From Squalus acanthias (taxonomy: Eukaryota), in contig CM059432.1 of NCBI GenBank assembly GCA_030390025.1, positions 77,130,001 to 77,194,000 on the forward strand: a DNA stretch of 64,000 nt, given 5' to 3'. Of this stretch, positions 50,870 through 63,124 are shown piece by piece. Position 1 is the stretch's first letter. Every line of letters begins with the position of its first letter. The translations under genes and the position numbers were made by a program. The notes under the pieces are model-generated. The model saw only the letters and a program-made list of their open reading frames with translations, was not told where the DNA came from and did no database searches.

Positions 50870-51872
50870 GGCCAGAATTTTCCCCTAAAAAAACGGGTGG
50901 GTTTGGAGCATGGGGCCGGTTAAAAATTGGGTTCCCAACCTGATCCCGCCTCCAACCTGCCCACCTCCAGTTTAACCGGAGGCAGGACGGGGGCGGGTCG
51001 GGGGGCGGGCGACCAACCCACTCCCAGGGGGCGTTACCTCAATTTAAATATTGTAATGAGGCTGGAGGCCTCTTTTTTCACCTCCATTTTGTGTTTAACT
51101 GCATGGGGACGGGTTTCACACAATTCGTGAAATCCGGCAGTTAAACAGAGGCGGGACTGTTGCATCCAGGAGGTAAGTGGCTTCATACCCACCTCCTGGA
51201 TCCAGGGTCACAACCATATCCACTCCCCACCATCAGAGATCCGCCACCCCACCCCACCCCCACCCCCCGGGCCTCCAATCACCTTCCAAGGCCTCCCCAC
51301 CCCCGCCCCCAATGATGATGATGAGGCCGACGATCCTCCGTTGCCCGGCCCCGATCCTCCCTCCCCCACTGCTGATCCCTGGCCAACCGCCACGCCGCCC
51401 CGTGATCCCCGGCCGACCCCTCCCCCGATCCTTGGCTGACGCCCCTCCCCCGTGATCCCCGACCCTTGCTGATGCTCTCTTCCCCCATCCCCCCATGATC
51501 CCCGACCCTTGCTGATAATCTCTCCCCCCTCCCGATCCCCGACCCCTGCCGATGCTCTCTTCCCCCATCCCCCCACGATCCTCGACCCTTGCTGATACTC
51601 TCTTCCCCCCTCCCGATCGCCGACCCCTGCCGAGTCTCCTCCCGTGATCCCTCCCCTGGACCAGCCCCTCGCTTCTGAGGCCTACCTGCCTGCAGCCAGC
51701 CAGCCTCTCGAGCTAGCTGGCTGCGGACGAGAATCCGAGGCCTCTCATTCAAATCAGGCCCTGCCGTTAAAGTCGGCAGGGCCTGCAGGAAACCCGGCCT
51801 CCCGGGTTTCCCTCCTGCCCACCTCAGACGCCCCCCACCCCCAAACCCGCCTACTTGGAGAAAATTCTGGCC
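50870..51872. mobile_element. Harbinger-type MITE with C-rich internal repeats
   Basis: Perfect 13-bp TIRs GGCCAGAATTTTC / GAAAATTCTGGCC; ~40-nt GACCCTTGCTGAT repeats at ~51440-51640; family of 58719-59450. Confidence 0.85.
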
Positions 51873-54800
51873 AAAATGTCTTCATGATAAAGCCCAACAA
51901 ATCTCTTACTATGAAGGTGAAGAGGCGATAGATCCATGCATCATTTCCATCATTATAGTATTATGCACAAGCGATGCACTTCAGTTTGAATTACATTATT
52001 ACATCATACATTTATAAACAAATATAAAAGGTTTGCCAAGCGCTTTTTCATGATTGCTATGTTCCTTTAAATTCCTAGTGAAAATTCAGCACAAATTAAA
52101 TTGACTGGACAATTTCCCCCCAAAGTTTTACATTTAATTGGGCTGCCCAACCATTTAAACAGATTTGTTTTAGCTTTCCCCCGTCACCCCCAGCACACCA
52201 CACATTTTTCCCAAACAAAGGCGGTCAGGCAGACTCATGTCTTCAAAATTATAATCAGGCCAATGCCACTCTGTTATCAGCTGTTAGTAAGTACATGTGA
52301 ATAATCTCATTTTTTCTCCCAGTAGGAAGTACCTCCCTCCTTCGTCCTGCTCTCTTCCCTTCCCCCATGATCAGCCATTAACAAGATAGAAAATAGAACA
52401 AATATTCAAACCTGGTAGAACAATGCTGTAGAAATCTAGCAACAATATCACATTAGTGAGTGGTACAACAGATAGAATAAGGAGAAGAAATGAAACCGAG
52501 AATGCAAAATACAATATACCCAAGAGCAAATGAATCACTACAGCCATTAGCAGGATCAAGTGGCCAGCAGTCTTGGGACTCTACAATCCAAAGGTTTGGT
52601 TGTAGTCAGAGTGTACTCCAACCTGCAATGTTATTGCACCTGCAATAACCAGAATATTTCAACTGCCCCACTAAAACACAACACGTGGTGCATTTATTTC
52701 AATAGAACAAACTACTGATCAAGGAATTTTTTAGATCATGTAACCGAGGTTTAAATTCCTTAATACTTGTATTTCTTTTAATGTTCTTTCACCTAATGCT
52801 GTTTTGTTCCAAAAGTTTGCATTGTTTCCCTGGTAGGTACTTTAATTTAACTGTCATTAGGCTAGAATTAGAGAATCACAAAATGTAAAAGATACAAACA
52901 ACCAGAGAGTACCTTGTGATAAGATTTCAAACTTTGGCATGGATTCCGTTTTTTAAGCAAAGCCGATCACTTTGAACAAATCTTCTCTATAATAAAATGC
53001 TGTATTATTCTCCCTTACTATCGAGAGAATGTCAGGCTATAAGACAATAAAGGGCTTCCATAAAAGAAGTTGACGTGGTAACAAATTGACTACTCATTCC
53101 AATTAAACTGTGCATCAGTTTTTGATGCATACATTTTGCTTTATGCTTCAGAAGTAACAAAGTATATATCTATGGGCTGTCAGTAGGTGGTTAATGAAAG
53201 CTTTGCCACCATAAGCTAATGCATAATCATATCAAAACCTGGATAGGAACACCTGTTCCAGGTCTGCAAGAATCAGCTTTTGTGACTAAAGAAGTCCTGA
53301 TTTTATTTGTCTAACTATAGCAATTCTGTAGCAGTTCTGTGCTCAAAGGGATATTTAAAAATTTTGCAGGAATGTTAGGAAGGGTTTTAACAGCATTAAC
53401 ACTCTCCTGGTATGATCCTAAGAGTAATGAAAACTTCACACATGCATGAAGCTCCAATAATTATTTTAAACAGCCTTCTGTTGTCCCCTGAGGGACTCCG
53501 TGGTATTTGTTTGATGCAGTTTAATTAGTGTCAGGGTAATTAATGTTATGCCATCTACAGGAACTAATAAAAGAAATGTTGCTAGGTTAAAACAGGTCTA
53601 CAAATCCACCTGAACTCTTAAAATACTATCTTTTGAAGCAATTTATAAAGAATGTTATAAGTGAGGCAAATCAAGTGAATGCCATTTGTGCAGAAAACAA
53701 ATATGAGCATTTATACATACAATTCTAAAGTTTCCTTAATATCTTTGTGATGTATGGTTAAAAAGAGTAGAAATAAATATATTAAAATATACTTAAAAGC
53801 TATTGCTCTTGACCAGAACTGTAGCACCACAGAAACAAAAGTGATCAAACTCTCTTGTTCTTAAGAGCTTATAAACTATAGATAAAAAGTTCTATTTTTA
53901 CCACACCTGTCTTCAAATCAATTCAAAGACACACATATTTTTTTAATATTTTTTAAACTGCTCCTCAAATGGCTAAAAAAGACAAGGTATAATAATTTCC
54001 TGAATCGAAGAGTTTTACAATTCTAAGATGTACCTAGTCATGAAAGTTACAGGGATGTAATATTTGCCTGAGTAGAGACAAATAAGTGAGAACGCCATGC
54101 ATTTCAATCATTACAGGAAATACTCATTTATTCTATTCATTTTAACCTGGGTTTTCAAAAAAGTGGACACTAACGTTTGATCATCAGCAGCGGGTGAGAT
54201 CAGCACCATTAGAAATTAAGACATCCAGCAATGAGTGTGGCCCTTTGCCAACACTCTGAGCTGACCCAAAAGGTTACTACCATGGAACAAGGTCCAAGCA
54301 AGACACATGAAACAGCAGGTCAGAAACCAGTTTAAGGCTCAGAGATTTACAGTAGGTGTAACAACTATATTAATCTTTGAAATTTGGGGATACAGGAATA
54401 ATTTTTCCAGAATATTATGTGGAGTTTGTCTCACTATTTCCTAAGGAAGGGATGTACTAATAATCAAAGGGATAATATGTATTGGATTTAATCCACTTTA
54501 ATTACATGTACATGACGTTTCAAAATTAAAGAAAACCACCAGTTAACAGTTAAACTTGCCCCAACATAGAAAATCCTGGGAAGATCATAAAGTTACTTTG
54601 GAGGAGACACTGATACAGGCTTTTGAGGTGACTATAGTATGATCATTAATAGATGATTATTAGTGCATGCAGGCTTGGAATAAACCTTTTGTCTTGAATG
54701 ATCAGACTAAAAAAAATGAAAAAAAGAGGAACAAAGGCACCTGCTCTGAGCAGAAATGCAGTGCTGTGGAACTGCATATGAATCAAACTTGCTCTCAAGT

Positions 54801-56906
54801 GGAATAGTTGTACATTAATTTGAGTATAAAAATTCAACCATATACAGCGCTTCACAGCTGCTGCACACAATCAGGCTAAAACACACCTCCTCTCACCTGC
54901 AATCCAATTTAATAATTTATGTGGTAAATAGCAGTGGTTGTGACCTATTATCATGATGACAATGTGCATTATAGTACTATAACCTCCAGTACCCTGAAAC
55001 AACAAATGTAAGCAAAGTTCAACAACTGTGAAAGAACTATTAAAAGAGGACACACAAACGTGTGACCTTGACTGACAAGCGCACTTCATTTCAGCAATAA
55101 ACAGCAGTCTGCTGATAAGTGTTCATTGGCGCAGAGAGTAATTACCTATCTGTCAGCATTGCTGGTGTGTGCGAAGTAGTATAAATGAAACATACATAAT
55201 GTACAGCAATAATACTGCACATGCAGAACCTAATGTATTATCTCAGATGCAGGTTTATGCTACTGCTGCCACTGAGTAAATGCCTTCAAGCCATGATAAT
55301 TTCATTCTAATCTCTGTTCCATATTATAATTTTCATAGCTGGACGATACTGGTGAGCAATACATTTCAATCAAGGACTAAATGGAACACATCCTGTAACT
55401 GGATATTTTACATATCTATATTTTTTTCTTTCCAAATAGGAGTTTATGAGAAGTCAAGAATAAGCTGTAAATTCATGGATGACAAAGTCTGTCTGCACCA
55501 ATGTCACAGAAGCTGCAGACAAGTGGCACATACCCTGTAGAAGGGATTCTACCCTTGTCTAATAGGCACCCCCTAATAGAACTCATACCCTCCAGCAGTT
55601 ACTGTTCAATCCTGTTTCTCATTTGACAGATTTCCATACAATTCTCCTAATCTTTGAAACAGAAAACAACTGTAAGACAGGTCCCTAATTTATTGATGCA
55701 GGAAGAAAAAAATCAGGATAAAAATCATAATAAAAAATTGAAATTAATTGATCACAGAAAGCACTGGCACCTACAATTAAGTTTGTGACACATTGGGTGG
55801 CAAGATTGCTGGGTCAGCCATATGGAACCAGCAGTGAGATACAAAAGAGTCCTCAAATACAGACATGACAGTCTCCTCAGCAGAGGTCAGATGTAACATG
55901 GCAGGTTAGTGTCAGTCAGGACTGACAGCCTGGAGAAATGTAACGTCAGATAAGTCAAACAGAGGGAAAGACAACAAACAACTCCAAATAAAACCAAATA
56001 AGGTCTGGGCAGTGGGAATTCAGCAAGAAATCAAAGTCTGGAAATGACTGCGAACTATGTTATTGTATGAACGTTAACACTCTTGTATCAAACTTCACTC
56101 TGTTATTTTAACTGAGGCATTAACTGGTTTATTTTAAATGGCTTAATGCTTCCATTAAAATAGCAAAGAGGGGAATTGAATACAAAGTGTTAAGAATTCA
56201 TGCAATAGCATTGCTCACAGTAATTTCCAGGCTCAACTTTAAGACAATGGGCAGAGAACTACAGTAAAGTTACTTTTATCACACACCCCAAATACATTTG
56301 AGAGTTTCAGACCAATCATTTATTTACAAAATTACTGTATTATATATTGACTATCATGTAATTTAAAATGGAATTGGATAAATCCTTGAAAAGTAAAATA
56401 TAAAATACAGGAAAGGTCAGGGAAATGTTATTACTGTAGAGAGCTCCAATTGAAGAGCTACCCCAAGCACAGGCATATTGGACCGAATGTCTCCTCCTGT
56501 GCTGCAATTTTTATGATTCTATGAAATAAACTTTGTGCGACAATACATGAAAAGAAGAACATTTAAAATAAAACAATAGCACCCTTACTACTGGCAAATA
56601 ATATTCATTCCTTATAGAGTAGTTTAATTTGATTTTTTGAACGTACCTTTACTTGTAGATTAAATGGATGGGCCACCCAGGAAAACATATACGTAGACAT
56701 GAGGGTAAATGCAGCAATCCCACTCTCCTGGTGGCAACCTGCGCTCAGAGTGTGTGCCAGAGAATCGAGGTTGCATTGTTATAAACCTATCTCTGACTAA
56801 TACTTTGTAGAAGTATCAATTTTTTTTAATTTAAAGTGCCTTTTCATGGATTCTTAAAATACAGTTGTAAATCATTCTAGTTTGCAAATTCTGTAGTAGA
56901 AAACTA

Positions 56907-57497
56907 GGGTCGATTTTAACCCTACCCACTTGGTGAAAAACAGGCCTGTGGGCAGTTAAAACCAAGCAGTTTAGTTACCCGTTCAGAACTCACCCCTTTC
57001 CCTCCACCTGTAGTCTGAGCCTGTAGGTGGCTGAGGCAGCCGCCTAAAGCAGGCCAGGGGGGGGAGCACATCAATATATGCAAATCACGTACCTATTTTA
57101 ACCTGGGGTCTGAGTGGGGAACCTGCTGCCGTGAAAGCAGGTTGGTAGCTGTCGGGAAGGTCGAGGAGGCCCAAAGGTAAGTCAGAAACTTTCCTTTGTG
57201 GGTCAGGAGGAGCAGGGGTGCTTCTTTGGGCCTCAGAAGTAAATTCATGGCCTCCCCTTTCCCAAAATCACTCCCCGCCTCCACCGCACCCCCCCCCTGG
57301 CGAGACTTTCCCGAAATCCCCTCCGCGCCACTTACCTGTAAGCTGGCGGACAGCCCAGTGCTGCCCAATCTTCAACAGCCGGCAGCCACTCTCCATTCTT
57401 TTCCCGCCTGGAGCAGGTGGAAAGTGGACCGGCTGCATTGAAATGAGGCCTAGTGGTTAAAATGGCTGGTAACCAGCTCAGAGTTAAAATCTCTCCC
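56907..57497. mobile_element. Harbinger-type MITE
   Basis: TIRs GGGTCGATTTTAAC / GTTAAAATCTCTCCC; shared internal motif with 6990-7479. Confidence 0.7.
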
Positions 57498-57539
57498 AAA
57501 TCGTGCCGATTTGGTTTGGATTAGTCTGTAAAGGCCTAC

Positions 57540-57859
57540 GGGCAACATGGTGGCATAGTGGTTAGCACTGTTGCCTCACAGCGCCAGGGACCCGGGTTCG
57601 AATCTGGGCCCGGGTGACTGTCTGTGTGGAGTTTGCACATTCTCCCCGTGTCTGTGTGGGTTTCCTCCAGGTGCTCCGGTTTCCTCCCACAGTCCAAAGA
57701 TGTGCGGGTTAGGTTGATTTGGCTATGATAAATTGACCCTTAGTGTTAGGGGGGATTAAATACATGGGGTTACGGGGATAGGGTGGGATATGTGTCGGTG
57801 CAGGCTCGATGGGCCGAAATGGCCTCTATCTGCACTGTGGGGATTCTGTGATTCTGTGA
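57540..57859 (+). mobile_element. HE1-type V-SINE
   Basis: tRNA head (TGGCATAGTGG, GGTTCGAATC), V-domain GTGTGGAGTTTGCACATTCTCCCCG, CR1-like tail with GATTCTGT repeats; TSD AAAGGCCTAC / AAAGGCATAT. Confidence 0.92.
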
Positions 57860-58358
57860 AAAGGCATATTTTCTTATCCAAAGCCATTGCATTAAATATC
57901 TATGCAACAACAAACCAATTTCAAAATATTTTGTTGTACTACAGCTGATATATCTAATTTTACAGTTTCATGTAGGATAAGTGAAACATCAAGCTCTTTT
58001 TCATGCTGAGAGAAGTATTGACCTTGTCTGGGAGAAAACTCGCCTTACTCATATCCATCAAGATAATTACAATTTTTGTTTTTGCAGTCTCATGTTCCCA
58101 TTTTTGTTTGGTTTACTGCAGGCTCATGGACACGTTAATAGTGAACCAATTAGGTATGAGGGGAAAACCTTGAAGTGTGGTTTTCCACTGACATCAGAGG
58201 ATCAGGGCCTGTACCTGTGGCCATTTTCTTATCGAGTGCACAGATTCTATGTAATTTTCCATTTGCAGAAGTATTACATTTTTTTAATTTAAAGGGCCTT
58301 TTCATGGGTTCTCACAAATATAATTGTTGTTTCTCACAGTAAAAACAGTAAACTAATC

Positions 58359-58534
58359 AGATACGATTTTAACCTAACCAGCCATGTGGGAATGAACCGG
58401 GTTCAGGTCAAATGTCCATTTTATATCCTGCCTGCTGATACTCTCAACTGACTTCAATCGAGTAATATCAGGCAGAGTGCAAAACTGGTGGCCAAACTTA
58501 ATCTGCCCGATGGATTAGGTTAAAAATCGGGGCT
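58359..58534. mobile_element. Small MITE
   Basis: Inverted ends CGATTTTAACCTAA / TTAGGTTAAAAATCG. Confidence 0.65.
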
Positions 58535-58544
58535 TGACAAACAA

Positions 58545-60280
58545 TTTAACTCGTCATTCCATGACTTCTCCTTGGTGTTCCACCCACTTCCACCGCCTCT
58601 CCTCCATGGTCCACCTCTATGGGATGCTTTTGTGTGGCTCCACTCCTACTTTTCCCATTGCAGCCAGCATATCTCCAGCAATGGCTTCCCCTTATTTACA
58701 TGTCCTCCATAACATCTTGGCCTGAATTTCAATAGTTTGACGGGTTGGGAGCGGTGTGCGGGGGTGGGGCTCGAAAGCGGTCGGGAAACCCAGAAGAACG
58801 GGTTTCCCGCAGGCTGTGCCAAATTTAACGGCAGGTCCTGATTTGCATGGGAGACCTCTGTTTCCCACCAGCAGTCGGCCAGATGGAGTGCCAGATCAGG
58901 GGCCAAAGGAGCAGGGGGAGGGGGGTTCGGGAACAATCGGGGGTCGGAGCGCCAGATCGTGGGCCGGAGGAGCGGGGGGGGGCAGGACGGGGTGGCAGAC
59001 GACATCGGTGGGCCGGAGGAGCGAGGGGGGGGGGGAGGGATCGGAGGCCTCGTGGAGGGGGATTGGAGGCCTTGTGGGAGGGTCTCCAATCACGCGGGGT
59101 GGGTAAGCTAGGGACGCTGGATCCAGGAGGTAAGTGTAAAGGCACTTACCTAATGGAGCCAGCAGTCCTCGCCTTCCATTAGCTGGCGGGTTTCACAAGG
59201 CCTGCGAAACCCGACCAGCTAAAGTTAAATTCAAAATGGAGGTTAAATCTGAGGCATGCCAGCATCATTATAATATTTAAATGGACAACCCGCCTCCTGG
59301 GAATGAGTTGGCTGCCCACCCCCGTTCCGTCTCCATTAAAACCGGAAGTGGGAGGGTTGGAGGTGGGTTCTGGTCGGGATTCAGATTTTTAACACTTTAA
59401 CTTGCCACACGACCCCAACTCACCCGTTTTTTTAGGTTAAAACTCCCCCCCCCCGCCCTCAACCTTGTGTGGGCAAGGGGTTAGTTTACACATGTCACCA
59501 TCATTCTTGACTCAACAGCCACTTCTATGTTGTCAATCTGCTTGTCTTATGTCAAGTTGTGGATGATCACAACTTCCTCTAATTAAATGTTGGGAAGATC
59601 AAAACCATCTTATTCACCTCTGCCAAAAACTCTGCACTCTTCCTTTCAATGCTCTTCCGCTCTCTAGAGTTAGCTCAGGCAGGACCAAATGGTACACAAC
59701 CTCTGTGTCCTGTTTGACCCTGAGCTGAGTATTAAAACTCAATTGTACTCACCAAGACTCCCCAAGTCCACCTCCATAGCAACACCTGCCTCTGTCAACT
59801 TCTCGAACACTCTCTACACCGGTGCTGAGCTCCACTCTACACAAGCTCTGACTCAACCAAACCTCAGCTGCCGCTTCCTGTCCTGGACCAAGTTCCACCT
59901 GTCTATCACCCCCCTGCCTTGCCAACTTCCATTGACCCCTGTCCCACAATGTATGGAATTCAAAATCCTCGTCCTCACTTGCAAATTATTCCATGGCCTC
60001 ACCCCACCCCAACCTCTTACATTCCTACTTCCAAGCCTGTGTCCTCCAATCTAACCTCCTCTGCATACTCCCTCCATACTGCTCCACCATCAGCGGCATA
60101 GCTTTCAACCATCTTAGCCCTACTTTCTATAACTTTTGTCACTAAATCCCTTGCCTTGCTATATCGCCTGCCCTTAAAACCCTCCTCAAAACCTACCTTT
60201 TTCACCTTGCTTTTAGTGGTCTCTTAATGCTTAGTGTCTGTCACGTTCCTATAGAGCATCTTGGGAGCATTCTACATTAA
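58545..60280 (+). mobile_element. Old L2 fragment split by a MITE
   Basis: Degraded L2 RT pieces at 58545-58715 and 59470-60280 (NL.VLFDPELS, FKILVL), with L2 tail. Confidence 0.75.
58719..59450. mobile_element. Harbinger-type MITE, opposite orientation to 50870-51872
   Basis: Right end, reverse-complemented, matches CCTAAAAAAACGGGTG at ~50884; left end GGCCTGAATTTC. Confidence 0.75.
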
Positions 60281-60286
60281 GACAAC

Positions 60287-60933
60287 AGCCTGGAAATTGC
60301 GGTCGGAGGCTTGCCGCCCGCGTATGCCTCCAAACAGCAAGAAAACTCTGTACTTACCTGATGGCTCCAGAGCTTTGGACTCTTGCGGTCCCAGGCCTGC
60401 AGGCGTACCCCTGGGTAAAGGCCCACGCTACCCAGGGGCGCAGGATAAGCATCCCTGGGATCACGTGGGCCAGGCCAACCAATGACAAGGGGGGATTCCT
60501 ATTATGCTTATGGGGATTCCATTTACATCAGAAATCCTCATGAGCATAATAAAAATCACCTAAAAAATACAATATCACAACACTGAAATAAAAATAAATG
60601 ATCATAGGTTCAAAATTAATTAAAATAACATTTAATTAAACATTTAAAATTAAAATAAATTTTTTTGAAAAATAAATGTAAACATTTTTAACCGGGACAA
60701 AATTGACCTAAACTAATTTTAAATGTAAGTGAATGTTTAAATCACTTAAAAAAATTATTTTAACATTTATTTAAAGCCTTACGTTGGTAAAAGGCCTTAC
60801 GTGGTTTGGTGGGTATTCGCTGGGCAGTAGTGGGGCAAATAGACCAACTCTCCGCCAGCAAATGTCCATTTCCAGTGGAGGGGGAAACAGATCGCATGCG
60901 GAAACCCGTCATAGGGCCCGTAAAATCCGGGCT
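60287..60933. mobile_element. Harbinger-type MITE (family of 37101-37784)
   Basis: AGCCTGGAAATTGCGGTCGGAGGC ... CGTAAAATCCGGGCT; same internal layout. Confidence 0.8.
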
Positions 60934-61344
60934 ATTATACATACAAAAATAATTGTTGTAGCCACCATGACAGTTCCTTACTTGCAGCCCAGCAACAACA
61001 GAGAAAGAGGTAAGTCATTAATCTTTACAGCAGCCCTGCTGCATCTTTCAATCATAGCCCCTCCACCCTTGCTGACATGCTATTACAGTCCTGGGATTTC
61101 AACTCGCAGCCTCGCCCTTCTCTCCCCTTCATTATCTGTAGTGCCTACACAGTTATGGATCTCAACCCTTGCATGCTGGTTTTTCCTCATCCTGCCTCAA
61201 CCCTGCACTCCCACTCACTCAAAGACCACTGCATCTTGGCCTGCAAGTGACGTTCAGATGAATGTACTCACAGTTAAAATTCTAAATGTACTTTGTTAAG
61301 GAAAAAATAATTTCTCAAACCACATTTTTTAAAAAATGCATTAT

Positions 61345-61465
61345 GTTCTTCGGGTTCTGATGAAATATCTCACCTGAAATGTTAGCCTGTCTTTTCACTT
61401 TCAGATGCTGACTGGCCGGCTGTATATTTCCAGCTTTTTGTTTCTCTTTCAGATTTTCAGCATTC
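61345..61465 (+). mobile_element. Old Penelope-like terminal remnant with degenerate hammerhead core
   Basis: GGTT-CTGATGA...GAAA-TGTT-AGCC followed by CAGATGCTG...TTTCCAGC...TTTCAGATTTTCAGCAT. Confidence 0.65.
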
Positions 61466-61507
61466 ATTTTTTAAATTTATTTTACATGTTGAGCTTGATT
61501 TTGTACA

Positions 61508-61975
61508 TTACAATAACTTGCACTTATAAAGGTGCATTTAGTGTAATAAATGTCCCAAAGCAATTCACAGATGCAGAAGAGATGCTGAGAATTAGGGAGG
61601 TGGCTGAAGTTGCAGCCAGAGGTATGTTCTGAGGAGGCATTTGAGGTGGAGAGGGGGGGAGAGAGAGAGAGAGGTAGCAAAGCAGAGGAGTTTCAGGAGA
61701 GATTTCCAGAGAGTCTCGGACCCAGGTGAAGGTTCTGCCATGGATGTGAAACTGAGGAAAGGGTGCAAAGAAGGCCAGAGACAGAAAAATGGATGGTGCT
61801 TCTTGTAGGGCTGGTGGAGGTTGGAGAGATAGGATAGGGCAAGGCCGTGAATTTAATGTAATGGGGAAACTGGAACAATGGAGGGTGGCTATAATAGGGG
61901 AGCAGGACTCTTCGTGAATGGCAGGATATAAGCAGCAGAGTTGTGGATAAGTTGGATTGTTTAAGTAGGGTCAAG
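61508..61975 (-). mobile_element. Old L2 3' fragment
   Basis: Starts with CAATAACTTGCACTTATA...GTCCCAAAGC, like 21450-21510. Confidence 0.7.
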
Positions 61976-62099
61976 CATTATTATATATAGCATAGCAGCC
62001 AGCAGAAAAGGACATTATATAGGCAATAGTATAGATTACAGCAGTTTTTTTTTGTTGGCAGGAACCCGGGTCCCATTGAACATTTTCAGGTCAAGTATG

Positions 62100-62400
62100 A
62101 GCATGGGAAAGGTGTATAGCTCCCTCTACTCTGTTCTACCAATGAGCCCCTCAACTTCATTGCCTTTAGTACCAATATACCATTTCCAATTCCCACTTCA
62201 GCCATCACTTTCCTAATGTTTAGTACCAATTGTTGTGGGCAATTTTTATGTTGAGCCACTGCCTACTAAAAGCTGGGTTGACAATGCCCAACTCATCCCC
62301 CCCGCCGCCCCAAAATCCTTACAGGTAGCAGAAAGAGGAAACTTTCACCCCTATCCGAGCTGGATTTGAACCATGTATAAAGGTAATTTTACCCCACTAC
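62100..62400 (-). mobile_element. Old tRNA-headed SINE, possibly LF-SINE-related
   Basis: Minus strand GGTTCAAATCCAGC...GATGAGTTGG...CAATTGGTACTA; family assignment from memory only. Confidence 0.4.
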
Positions 62401-62417
62401 TATAATCTTCAGTCACT

Positions 62418-63025
62418 GAGATGGAAATTGGTTATGCCCGTTTTCAAATCCATAACCAGGAGCACACTGACAGCATTTGCCCCAACCGGGAGGCCCAAGG
62501 CCCACCTAAAATTCGTCCTCGGGTCTCATTAACATATGTTTGCGTGAGTTGATGGCACCTGTCGCAAATCCACAGGCAGCTCGCGCATTTTACCAAGAGT
62601 AATATCAGGCCACTTGCCTCGCCAGCAGCAGCCTGAAGTCAAGTCCCGAGAGGGGGGTTGGAGCATCAACAATCACTAGGACTGTGAAGTTGAGGGAGCA
62701 CACCTGCTCCTCCTGGCTCAATAGCAACGATTTCTAAATTTAAAAAAATTACCTTACGTTGACAACCATAAGGGGCCGTTGAAGAATCCCGAGTGGAGCA
62801 GAACTGGCTCCTGCTCCACTCATCACCAATCAATTTCGGCAATGGGATCTAAAATAGGCATTAGAGCCCTCATTTATATTTCATGGATGCCTGAAAAATG
62901 GGCCTGATGATCTTAGCAGGGGCCGGAACACTTGTGGCGTGTGGGTGCATGCCATCCCACTGCTAAATTGTTTGCGCCTGTTGTACGCTCATAAAACGGG
63001 TGCAATGATGTTGAATTTAGGCCCC
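62418..63025. mobile_element. Harbinger-type MITE
   Basis: Degenerate TIRs GAGATGGAAATT / GAATTTAGGCCCC, 3-bp TSD ACT, CCTGCTCCTCCTGGCTC motif. Confidence 0.65.
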
Positions 63026-63124
63026 ACTGTGTCTACATCCAGGATCTGTTTGCTTTGGCACACTGTAGTTATATAATTTGTTTTTTGGACTGTTACATTT
63101 AGTGTACAAAACTCTGTAATGGAG

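Noticed and set aside
50927..51931. Pro/Gly-rich ORFs (also 6963-7491 and 58646-59182)
   Set aside because: By-products of GC-rich low-complexity MITE interiors.
52913..53036. Candidate minus-strand exon (TCTTATAG...CAAG|GTAC)
   Set aside because: Stops in all three frames and no supporting neighbouring exons.
57540..57612. tRNA gene (also ~48090-48150 and ~20800-20888)
   Set aside because: tRNA-derived SINE heads that continue into SINE body and tail.
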